Origin: Camelus dromedarius
Taxonomy: Eukaryota
Length of the DNA stretch: 64,000 nucleotides
Assembly (NCBI RefSeq): GCF_036321535.1
Contig: NC_087436.1
Coordinates: 5,146,001-5,210,000 of the forward strand
Direction: 5' to 3'
Shown here: piece by piece, positions 52,811 to 64,000 of the stretch
How the letters are laid out: each line of letters starts with the position of its first letter
Numbering within the stretch: the stretch's first letter is position 1
Translations under genes and position numbers: made by a program
Notes under the pieces: model-generated
What the model was told of the DNA's origin: nothing
Databases searched by the model: none
What the model saw: the letters and a program-made list of their open reading frames with translations, nothing else

Positions 52811-53936
52811 GGAGGTAATATTTAGTTAGGATCCTACACTAACTCACTAAAGAACTGGCAACCATAGATTAAGGGAATCCTGTAACAAGTGAAATAATTT
52901 CTTATTGAAATACTTTTCAGGATACAGATGGCTGGATTTGTTCCCATCTTCCTCACCCCCACCAAATAGAGTGTGTTTCTTTCTTTTCCGACGTGTGCAC
53001 TTTATCAAGAGACCTTCAGCGAGCTTAGTCTCTGGCACACCGCTTACTGTAACATTAATACAAGGAAATAGATTCAGATTGCTAGAAAATTAAAAGTCTG
53101 AATTCCCTCAAAGACAACCCCACTCTGGTAGTAAAAATTTTTAAAAATGCAAGTGTATAAATTTGTTCCAGGAAGTCTTATATGAATGCTAGAAACAACA
53201 GTCTACAAATGTAGCCTGAAGCCAATTTCTCCAAAGATAGGTTAATACTATGACAAATGTTTCCATTTGTTCCTTAAATAATTCTCCATTTCATGACTTG
53301 AGTTGTCCAAGTGCTAACATCACGCTCATCGGAACAGTGCCAGCTTACTCTTGGCATGGTCAGAGCTTAGCTTTTAAGAGACTGCACTTTGAATGCTTCA
53401 TTTGTAAGGCGAATTTAGACAAATTTAGGCTATGAAAATGAGCACAACAGATAGTAACCGAAGGCGAGGAAAGAAGAAAAGAGGTCCACGCATCTAAAGA
53501 GTTGCAGCAGACCCGGAAGCATTACTTGTCAAATAAGTTATATTGCACCAGAGTAGAATTCTGGACGGGACTCTAGATGAAAATTTAGGAGTTATTTTCT
53601 AGATTGTCAGCTCACTGTGAGATAGAATGAAGCTAGACTCCTTACAAACCACTCTTAGGAGAGTATTAGAAAACGGAGAGTCAAATGTTACCAGAAATAG
53701 GGGTGTGTCCAATGAGGCCATCAATTATTTCCAGTCAAATACATTAATATTAAGTATTATACAGCAGTATCTCTGCTATCTTTGACTGAATGATCTATAT
53801 TGATTCTGCAAATTTATAACAATTGTATTAGATAACTATTCAAACTTTAATAGTAATTGGCATAAAATACAAAGCAATATTTATGTAATCATGATTAATC
53901 ATTAAGATCATCATTTTAATTGAATTTTTTTTTTTC

Positions 53937-56603
53937 TGGACTTCTGCTTTGGGAAGGATGGAGTACATATAATTTCTCTATTCCTCTCAGTAAGTGCAGG
54001 TAATAACCTGGGATATTATATACAAAATAAACAGAATACTCTGAAAGGTGGAGAGAAGGCAAAGCAGATAGGGACCTCGGGATGTGAAGAAGGAAGGACA
54101 CAGAGGTGGGTACCCTAGATTCTCTTTTTGCCTGGAATCCCTCAGACATGGTTTATGCAGTCCTGGAGAAGCAAACAGCATGGAAATGCCAATAGGGTCA
54201 GATGAAAAAAGCCCAAGAAAAGGCTGCTCTCTCACTAAAGGAGTTGGAAAGGGACATCCTAGAAAGACAGAGAGCATACCCACTCTGCTTCAGCCAAAGC
54301 CAGAGAAAAAGCTGTGGTTCATCCCCATCCCTGTCATTGCAGTCCAGGTTGAAAGTGTGGACTCCCGCCCTCACCAGACACTCACAAGACACCCTTCCTC
54401 CCTTGTGTGGTATCAGAGAAAGCTGAAGAGGGAGACTGGACTTCACCCACCAGCAGTAATGAGGCTCTCCTCATCCTCACTAGGGAGGTACAGGAGGCCC
54501 AGTGGACTCAGGACTCCCCACAACTCAGCAGTGATGGAGCCACCCTCCACGACATGGGGGTGGGGGACAGACCATGTGAATAGCAGTAATGGAGCTCCCT
54601 CTTCCTCTCAGCCAGGGTGTTACAAATGGAAACCCAATGGAAAAAGTTAATTCTCACCCCCTCCCAGGAGCAGAAGAAGCCCCAGCCTCCCCAGGTGTCA
54701 GTGGAGGCAGATGGAGGACCTAGACTTCCACTCCCACCTGACAGTCATGAAGCGGTGCTTTCTTCCCATGCTCATGAGGTGTCAGGAGAGGTCTGCTAAA
54801 GTACATGATTTTAACGCTCTTAACATTATACCAAAAATATCCAGATTTCAGATTTCAATCAAAAAATCACTCATCTTACCAAGAACCCGGAAATCCTCAA
54901 CTTGTATGAGGTAATCAACAGACAATAACACTCAGATGTCAGAATTGTCTGACAGGAAATTCAAACAGCCAACATAAAAGTAGATACATAACCAGTCATG
55001 AACACACTTGAAACAAATTTAAAAAACAGAAAGTTTTAACAAAGAAATAGAAAATATAAGGAAGAATTGAACTGAAATGTTAGCATTGAAAACTACAAAA
55101 ACTGAAATAAAAACCCTCAAGAGAACAACAGAAATCACCCAATCTGAGCAACAAGAAAAGAACCGGGGCACGGCAGACTATAACAAAAATTCTAACTTCT
55201 CTGTCATCTGAGTCCCTGAAGCAAAGGATAAAGAGGATAGAGTTGAAAAAGGATTCACATAAAAAATGGCTAAAAACTTTCTAAATTTCTCCAAAGACAT
55301 AAGCCTACAGAGTCAAGAAGCCAAAAAAAAACACTGAACAAGATAAACCCAAAGAAACCCATACCAAGACATATAGTCAAACTTCTGAAAACTAAAGACA
55401 AAGAACAAGTCTTAAAAGTAGTCAGAGAGCAAGGACAGACTGACCTACAGAGCAAAACCAATTTGAATGATAACAGATTACTCATATGGAAGTATGAAGC
55501 AGGAGGAAGCAGTGCATTTTTCAAGCACTGAAAGAAACGAACTGCCTATAAGAATTCCATATCTAAGGGAAAAATGCCCTTCAGAAATGAGGGGAAAACC
55601 AGGACATTTTCCTACGAAAGAAAACTAAGCACTAAAACTAAAACTGTCAACAGCGGACCTACCCTAAAAGAATGCCTCAAGGACATGCCCTCGCTAGCTA
55701 TAAAATGATAAAAATAGAAATCTTGGAAAACCAGGAAGAAAGAAAGAACAACAGAAAGAATGAAAGTATGACATTCTCTTTTTCTTTTGGGGGTGGGGAT
55801 TAGGTTGGTTGGTTTGTTTGTTTTTAATGGAGGTGCTGGGGATTGAACGTGAGACCTCGTGCATGCTAAGCACATGCTCCACCACTGAGCTACACCCTGC
55901 CCCCAAAGTATGATATTCTCTTGAGTTTTCTAATTTATATTTGATGGTTGAAGCAAAAGTTTAACACTGTCTACTATGGTCTCAATGTATGTAGAAGGAA
56001 TACTTAAAACAATTATAAATGGCGGAAGTAAACATATTATAAAGACAAGTAGGTGTCTAAGTAGGTGTCTACACTTCACTTGAACTGACAAAATGTTGAT
56101 AACGATAGACCATGATAAGTTAGCTATAACCTTGAGTAACCTAGAACAAAACAAACAAAAACAAAACAAAACAAACAAAACAAAAAAGAAACTTAGAGCA
56201 ACCACTAAAAAAAACCTATACAAAGAAATGTGCTCAAAAACACTATTTATCTCCAAACATCAAGATTATACTGATGGGGAGCAGGTTAGCTGTTGCCAGG
56301 AGCAGGGATATAATGGAGAGGAAGTGGTCCCATGAGCCTAAAAGTCAGCACCAGAGAGATCTTGAGGTGACGAAATAGTTCTGTACCTTGACTGCAGCAC
56401 ATCACGTGGGTCTCCACACATAATAAAGTGACGTCAGACTCTGTACTCATCATTGTGACAATGCTAGTTTTCTGGTTTCATATCAAACTCTAGTTATGTA
56501 AGATGTAACCATTGGGAGAAACTGGGAAAAGTGTATATGGGACCTCTCTCCACTATTTTTGTTAATTGCTGTACATGTACAATTATTTTAAAATAAAAAG
56601 TTT
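53937..56603 (+). mobile_element. Old LINE-1 (L1MD-like): 5' UTR, ORF1 relic, spacer and 3' UTR; no ORF2
   Basis: 5' end ggacttctgctttgggaaggatggagta; ORF1 motifs NPKKPIPRHIVKLLKTKDKEQVLK (~55346) and FRNEGK..TF (~55580); 3' end agatgtaaccattgggagaaactggg...aaaataaaaagttt. Confidence 0.8.
55781..55904 (-). mobile_element. Vic-1-type SINE nested in the old L1
   Basis: A/B-box body; TSD aaagtatga(c/t)attctctt at 55763-55780 and 55905-55922. Confidence 0.93.
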
Positions 56604-56670
56604 GTTTTTTTTTTTTTTTAATTCTAAGTGCAAAGTCAGACAAGAGACGCTAAATCAGAGCTAAGTGGCT

Positions 56671-56754
56671 TTGGGTGGGTGGGAGTGATAGCTCAGTGGT
56701 AGAGCACGTGTTCAATCCCCAGTATCTCCATTAAAAAAAAAAAAAAAAGAAAAA
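56671..56754 (+). mobile_element. Vic-1-type SINE with internal deletion
   Basis: gatagctcagtggtagagcacgtg|ttcaatccccagtatctccatt plus poly(A); TSD agagctaagtggct / agaactaactggct. Confidence 0.88.
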
Positions 56755-57004
56755 AGAACTAACTGGCTAGAAAAAAATAAATAAATAAAGATCTTAAGGT
56801 CAAAAAAATTTTGTGGCAAGTAGTTAACTCCTCTGGCAACATATGTGTAAAAGTTCATAGATACAGTATGGATGTTAATGACACTGGCCAATGTACCTAG
56901 AAAACAATAATTTTGTACTCTGTACGAACTCCGTCAATTAGAATGTGCCTTTGCAAATGCCCTTTTGGTTCCTCTGCAGTCTCGTCAGTCTCTACTCAAT
57001 ACCT

Positions 57005-57220
57005 TGTATCAGTCGGGACAGGCTAGGTTATGTTGCTGGTTATTTCACTGGCCCAAAGCTACAAATCCTCCTCTCTGGTTCATGGTGCAAGACGCAGTGC
57101 GTTGGCTGGCGCCATCCTTCCCAAGCATCTTGCTGAGGGAGCACGTGATGGAACCACAGTGATCTCTGGGGCTGCTAGTCATTGTGACAGAGGGAAAGAG
57201 GGAAATAAGTCACTCACAGC
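57005..57220 (-). mobile_element. MaLR (MLT1) LTR fragment
   Basis: tgtatcagtcgggacaggctaggttatgttgc is a typical reverse MLT1 terminus. Confidence 0.5.
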
Positions 57221-59214
57221 TGTGGCTCCCGGCAAACCTCGTCTGGACTCAGTCTGTAAGCAGCGTCACCACGTCCACCACCAAGCCCCGTTTCCTCCCT
57301 CGGTTAACTTCACCCTGAGCTTGGTTCTGTGCCAATTACTGTTGCTGGGGAAACAGAATAAGCAGGGTCCATCCTTGGTTGTGTGGTTGACATCACTCCC
57401 AACCAAACCTTAAAATTTAGATGACGAAGGAATGTTCCCAAAATAAAGTCAACATACTCTTACCATAAAGAAGGGGAGATTCTTCTGGGGAGTAAATAAT
57501 AGATGTTCACTACATGGTGGAATATTGCATTACAGAGGAACATCTCTGCCAATAGAATGAGAGGCCATTTAGACCTGTAGCAAAGAATGATTTGCGTGTT
57601 TCCCAGCATAGGCATCACTGGCCGGTACATAGCAGGTGACCAATGACTCTTTGTTGAAGGGCTAACCGAAACAGGGAAGGAAGATGGAAGAGAGGGAGGA
57701 AGGAAGGGAGGGAAGGAGGCTGAGAGGAGGGAGAGATAAAAATAAAAGAAAGGGCAAATTGATAATGATTCATGATTAATTAGACAGAATTGCAATCTTT
57801 AATTTTTCTTTTTTCATTTTTATGTCTAATTTTATAAAACAAAAGAAACATCAAAACAATGTTGATAGAAAACAGAAAATGTAACAAAAATACAATATGT
57901 TAAAAAATATTTCATTTGCAATTAACCCACTAAAACATAAAAAATTTGTTACATAATATGTTTACAGTAACAATGATCAAGTTACTATTCATCTAGAAAA
58001 AAACGTGACTTAGATAAACAAATAAATAAAGCATCCTGTTTGCGGAAGGGAATACTTTGAATATTTTACCCCTTAGATTTTGCATTCAACAGTTGCTCTA
58101 ATATCACAAATATAATTAAAATAAGTACCATAGTTAATAATTCAAATACACATTTTTTAGAACTGGTAACACCGGCTAGAAGAGGGGAAAAGAGGTCAAT
58201 TCCTTCCATTCTTTTCTGCTTACGGGGGTCAACAAGGATTCTGTGGTTTGCAGGTAAGACCCTGGATGGACACACAGCCCCAGGGAGCACTCAGAACGGA
58301 GGGAGGCCGGGCCACTCCCAGTGCACGGGGGCCCCCTTGGGTGTGCACGTGGAACGTGGGTCATATCCTCGCTTCTCGTTTTTCCCTCCTGAGTAAGGAG
58401 ACTGAAGAAGGCAAGGACTTAGGTGTACCTTCCCAGACACCACTCAGGGAATCCTTCCGTGTTTACATCCTTGAAGCCTCAGCTACCACGTTTAAGACAG
58501 AATCCAAACTCTGGCACCGTGACTGAGTGTTGTTTTTATAGCTGTGATTTGTTACTGCGGGGGCCACAGAGCAAAATATTTATGCAACGAGTCTTGTTCA
58601 TGGCTTTTGTGTTGGAAGGAATGTGCACTTACTGCTCAAAGTGATGGCGCAGGGAATTAGAACGTATTTTAAACAGACATTTTGCTGTACATTTTCATAG
58701 AGGCAAACACATGCCCTAGTGTGTTTTAAAGGGCAAGCCCCAAAGGGACTATTTTAAATTAGAGATCGTTTTTATCTGGGATGGGTAAAGCATGTTTTGA
58801 TGGCTGTGGATTTAACACCAGTGTGCTGTTACGATGTGACTGGTGTAGAAACCAACTTTGCACATGGCGCCCAGCGCCTACTTCCATCCCCTATGTTCTC
58901 AGAGCTGCGGTTACGGCTCACTCTGTGGATACATGTCATGATTCCTCAAGCAAATTGCGAAGATAGTTTGCATTTCCTAAACTATTTTCTGAATGTCCAT
59001 CAGACCGCACACGAATTTTATTGGCCAGCATTTCTTTCCCTCCCCATCCAAGGGGACCTCACTTAGACGGATTGTCCCAGAGACCCATCCAGTCTGCATT
59101 CCCTCCCTGCAGACTGCAACTGAGAGCCATGTGAGCAGCAGGTGTGGGTCCATCCCCGTCTGGGCGGACGACTGGAGGGGTATCTGTCTGCATCTGCGTT
59201 GGTGGGCGCTGTGC

Positions 59215-59445
59215 AGGGGAACCCAGATGCAGCCCTCAGGACTGAGACTCCTGATACACGGCAGGAAAGGCTCAGCCCCTGGGCCTCACTCAGGACAACT
59301 GGGAAGGGCACCCCAGGGCCAGGGCTCCCAGGAAGTTTGTTTGAGGCTTTTACTCCCTGAACATCAGAGCTGGAGTCCCCTTCTCGGTCCAACTCTGCTG
59401 CCTTCTGACCCTTGGAGTTGTTGGTCCACCTGCCAATAAACTACG
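59215..59445 (+). mobile_element. LTR16-like ERVL LTR
   Basis: ccctcaggactgagactc...ggacaactgggaagggcaccccag...gctccc...ccaataaac. Confidence 0.65.
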
Positions 59446-61099
59446 TCTGGATGAATGTATATATGTTTTTGTAGGAGTTTTATCAAGAATTGTTTAGCAT
59501 TTTGGAAACCATTTGGGAACATTGCTCTCAATATGCCCATAACCATAAAACATCCTTTTCTGTCTGCATATGCAACTGGCACTAGCACAGTGATTCTAAT
59601 CATAGGAGCAAATATTAGACTCCATTATATTTCATAGAGGCTTAGAATCTGAACATTTACATGTTACATATATTAATTTATTATGCATTTATTTCCTTGT
59701 ATTTCTGCTTTATATGTTTGACCATTGCATTGATTTTTTTAAAAAAATATTATTCCTGTAGTTAGATTTATTATCTCTGCCTTATTTCAGGAATGTAAAG
59801 AGAATATTATAAAGTATTCACATTAGAAAAGAGTCACTGTATCTACTGAAATGGAGATATGGTAATGTTGGGGGAGAAGAAGATTTTTAAAACAAGAGAA
59901 AGGTATGCAGAGAAGCTATAATAAGAAAAAATTCTGAAACCCAGAGGACTTTTAAAATTCATTTGGCCACAAAATCTGACTTGAACTTAGCTTAATAGGG
60001 AGAAACACATAAGCTGAGCAGACATCAGGCTATTTGTAGAATTTATTTATTTATTACGTACATCTTCATCCGTTCTGCTAAATTTTAAAGTGCTGGAGTC
60101 TGGGGTGTTGCCCCAGATAATAATATCCAGAGTATGTCCCACTATTTTGCCTTCCAAAAATCTGAAATAGTCTGCATTCCAAAACACAGGGACTCCTGGT
60201 CGTTCGGAGAAGAGATTGTCTAAGTGGTGAAGGTGTCGCTGGTAGCGCCCAAGCCCTCTTGGGTAGGGTTACTGAGAAGATGTAATCCTGAATTTAATCA
60301 CAACTTGATGCTTTAATTAGACAACATTTAGAGTAACTGGTATTTTGAACGAAGCTACTTAACAGCTGCCCAGAACGGAACATATTTAAAAGCTATAATC
60401 ACAGATCCAGCTACACTGTCAGGTATCTTAAGATCATAAATTAGAAAGGGATATTTTCCATCGGCAAGACGGGGGGACCAATCCCCCGTGAAAGTGCATT
60501 CAGAACATAGCTTCCTGTGGGAAACGCAGGTTTCAGAGCTGAAACCTCTTTCACAGAGGCTCTTACTTGCTTCCAGACTTTTCTTAAGGGAAATGAAGCA
60601 ATCCCGTGACTCACTGAGGTATAAAGGAGGAAAGGAAATTCTCCTAGAAATACAATATTTTCAATTTCACTCCCTCTGGTCATGTCTAATAGTGAACTGC
60701 TCTAATGGAAAAAAATGTATCCGTTTCTCCTAATTAGAAAGTGTCCCTCGCCATGGTATTGCACTGAGAAACAGGAATTAAAAAAAAAAAAAAATCAAAG
60801 GAGTCCAAAACTTGAAACACTTCTCTTTTAGGTCTTAGACTGTGCTTGCAGGATTTCAGATAAGATGTAAACATGACACAGGAAAGAATGAGATACAGTG
60901 GGAGAAAACAACACAAAAGATGCCAAAGAGACAAACTTGGGTGCACAGTGCACTCTACACACCTGGTCTAATCTGTGTGTGTGACCCAAGGCACACTTGA
61001 GTTCCTTAAGATGAAACACAGATTCTGGAAGGTTTTGTCAAGGAAACGTTAAATGTGGATGCTTTAGAGAATTAAACGTATTTACTCTGGGTTTCTCAG

Positions 61100-61285
61100 T
61101 TTTTTATTTTGTTAACAGCTTTTCTGAGGTGTCACTGATATACGAAAAACTAGCATATATTTAACGTCTACACTTTGCTGGGGTGGAACCTGTGCATGCA
61201 CCCTTGAAACCATGGCCACAATTAAGGTGATAAACACACCCATCAGCTCCAGAACTTTCCTCTTGCCTCTCCCCCACCACCCCTG
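61100..61285 (-). mobile_element. Old LINE-1 3' end (L1MB/L1ME-like)
   Basis: aacagcttttctgagg...catatatttaacgtctacac...ccacaattaaggtgataaacacacccatcagctccagaa. Confidence 0.75.
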
Positions 61286-61485
61286 CTTTTTTTTTAAAAC
61301 ATGCATGTTTCAGAGCATTACATTTATTTACCCCGGGTAAACTCTCAGGATATTCTCAGTTATGTTCACATTTTTAATGTATTTATTCCATTTAGTCAAC
61401 CAGTCAAGGACACATATTCATTCAGTATCCATTAAATGTCAGACGCAGTTCCAAAATGATTACACATATGTTCAGGCTGGGTGTC

Positions 61486-61520
<35 letters not shown>
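61486..61520. repeat. (GT)n microsatellite
   Basis: Read directly from the sequence. Confidence 0.93.
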
Positions 61521-62499
61521 CTGGTCTGTTTTATGAATGGAACATTAATAACCACACATGGTCATAAAGCTTCTTTTCTTCCTCAGGGCTGCTTGTGCAA
61601 AACACTGAGGTAGTTTTTTTATTTTTTATCTTTGGCATTAAAACCACAACAACTTGTGAGTGCAAAGGTGCAAGGATTTTGGAGGGGACGTTTTTATAGC
61701 CAGGGCCTGTTTCTCGTGGTGGTTGAAACTCTTTTTCTCCTCATTCTCTTTGAGGTTGACAATTCTTCACTGTCAAGCTACGATAGACCTTTTAAGTTTA
61801 AGCCGTGTGTCTTTGGTATTAGGGGCCAGATTAGGTTTAGCTGCTGCTCCAAGAGCTACACAAATACACAGTTAATTCCTTCCACGACTTAGAAGGGGAA
61901 GACAGCATCTCCAATAAACTTTAGGGAAAATGCAAGTCGTTTTGCTCCCGTATTAATGGCAGGAATCTAACAACAACTCCATGATAAAGGTGATCCAAGT
62001 CACCAGATAATTTAATCGACTTGAGTTCATTAAATTAATAATAAAACTCGTCAAGCTAAACAGAGAGCAAAACCAGCCTGGCAATTGGTCCCCTACTTAA
62101 ATTAAAGCATTTTCTAAGAAACAAAAGAGACAATTTTGTATTGGGGTTAACAATCTGCATACGAGAGACATATGGATTATTAAACATTTATTTAAAAAAA
62201 TTAACTTCCAATGTAGATGGAATCTTTGTGTAATAAAGATGCCCCAAAGAGATCAAGCAACTTCATTTTATTGCTTCCTTGATATTGCCCCGATAGTGGG
62301 CACAATTTAAGCTGTAGGAAAAGGTGTCTCTATCCATGAATAACAGAGATTGGGCTGAAGAAAAATCAGTAAAACAAGAGATAACGTCCTCTCCAAAAAC
62401 ACTACCTGCCTTATTTGCACCATTGTCACTACCAAGAAACCACGCTCGTGTGTTTTGCTATAATTTGTTCACAGTGGGTTTATAATCCAACCACCATCA

Positions 62500-62710
62500 C
62501 ATTTACCATAGAAATCAATTCATCAGTAGATTCAAAGGTGCTCACCTAATAACAAAAAGTTATAAATGCAATTTTAACTGAAGGAGAAGATCTAACTAAG
62601 TGATGGTATATCCATGCATTGGAATATGATGAAACCGTTGAATTCAATGATGAAATTTTAATATCATGGGGAAAATGTTCATCATACAATATGAAGAGCA
62701 AAAAAAGAGG
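62500..62710 (+). mobile_element. Ancient L1ME-like fragment
   Basis: aagtgatggtatatccatgcattggaatatgatgaaacc...catggggaaaatgttcatcataca. Confidence 0.5.
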
Positions 62711-64000
62711 GGGAAGTTGTTAACATTATGAGACCAAATTTATAAGAGGTAATGGAAAATAATTATGGCAAAAGTTAAGGTGAGGAAAAATATTTCCTTC
62801 ATAAAATGTAATCAAGGCTTCTGAAATTTGCATTCGGAGGTAGGTTTTATCAAGGGAGACCCTTCTTGGAGTTGACACATATGCTTCAAATGTTGAAAAA
62901 TTAAATATCCCATGTACATTTTATGTTGGACTGGTTTTGAAGGATGTGTGTGCATTTTCTGAAACAAATACAAAACCAAACTCTAACTTGTAAAACATCC
63001 CTTATCAGGGACACAACTTACTAGGAAGTTAGAACCCTCTGGGGTCATGCTCAGGCAAGAATCCTTTCCCTATTTTATCCTATTCTAAATCTGGACTATG
63101 TTGCCTGAGCCATATGGTTTTCTTCTGAGCACATGGTGAGGGCTGCTTTCTTAAGGTTTTGGAGGCTGGGAGGGGTAATGTGAAAATTAGGTGGTCGCGA
63201 TGTTGGAGGTGATCTCGGAATGGACCAGAGGTTAATGTGCTTAAGCTTTTGTTGTACGCCCTGTCATCTCCCCAATAATTTCACCAAAGAAGGTTCTGTT
63301 TTCTTTCCTAGTAATTATCACTGACATGCATCTGGCAACTTAATCCATGAGAATCTTCCTGTAGTCCTGGAAGGCAACTTCACCTTGCACTGAAGCATCC
63401 TCGAACTTTAAATTTTTAGTGTAGTTCGGCTGTGAGCCAGATTCCCACGGGCTTTCACTGGTGCTAAATACCAGTTAACAACTGCAGTACTGTTCCAAGA
63501 GATGGTCTCTGAGTGAAACAGCCTGCCTCTCCTGCATGGCCACCTCCAACAGAGCAGGTCTACGGCGTACTTTAACTGAGAGTCAGGTTCAGTTCCGCAG
63601 AAACTAAGAAATTTAAACACCATCACCGCATTGTTTTCCAGCTTCCTCTGTGACGTCACGGATCCCTAAACTTTTGTGAGTCAAGTCCTCTGACAATGTT
63701 GGAAAAGTGTATGCGTGTTTACAAACTGTCCATGTACCACCTCCTGAAGTTCACAGGGAATTTCAAGTGCGTTCATGGACCTCAGTCTAAGAGCTCTTTT
63801 GTCTAAGCCTTAACATAGATAAACAGATTTTTTGTAGTAGACTCTTGGAATAGGAACTCATGGAAATTGAGAACTATGCTGATTTTCTGAGAAGATTCTA
63901 TAGTTGAGTCCTGTTTTCCCACTGGTTGGCACTGAAATTTCAGATGCATGTCTAAATACTTCTTTTTACCAAAAGATATAATAAAGTGATGCTCAGATAC

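Noticed and set aside
54084..54650. 188-aa ORF
   Set aside because: Lies in the 5' UTR of an old L1 and has no recognisable homology.

Overview
Mammalian non-coding DNA, very probably camelid (camel, alpaca or llama): it carries six tRNA-derived SINEs of the Vic-1 type and I saw no ruminant or pig SINEs. I recognise no host protein-coding gene, RNA gene or CRISPR array. Every ORF I could assign to a protein family is a transposon relic: LINE-1 ORF1/ORF2, ERVL gag-pro-pol or hAT-Charlie transposase. A large part of the window is interspersed repeat: young 5'-truncated L1s with clean target-site duplications (TSDs), old L1M elements, an ERVL/LTR16 provirus remnant split by a young L1, MaLR and other LTRs, Charlie and MER5 DNA transposons, L2, MIR and microsatellites. 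Unique DNA includes two CpG-rich patches (~28.2-28.8 kb and ~38.5-39.4 kb). L1s lie mostly on the + strand, which may indicate an intron of a minus-strand gene, and there are a few unverified exon-like segments. The most notable structures are an ORF1-less L1, an ORF2-less (HAL1-like) L1, a SINE apparently carrying extra 3' sequence inside its TSD, an L1 inversion junction, a tail-to-tail L1 inverted pair and a perfect 22-bp palindrome. I found no convincing novel biological system. Subfamily names come from remembered consensus sequences and need RepeatMasker/Dfam confirmation; boundaries of old repeats are approximate.
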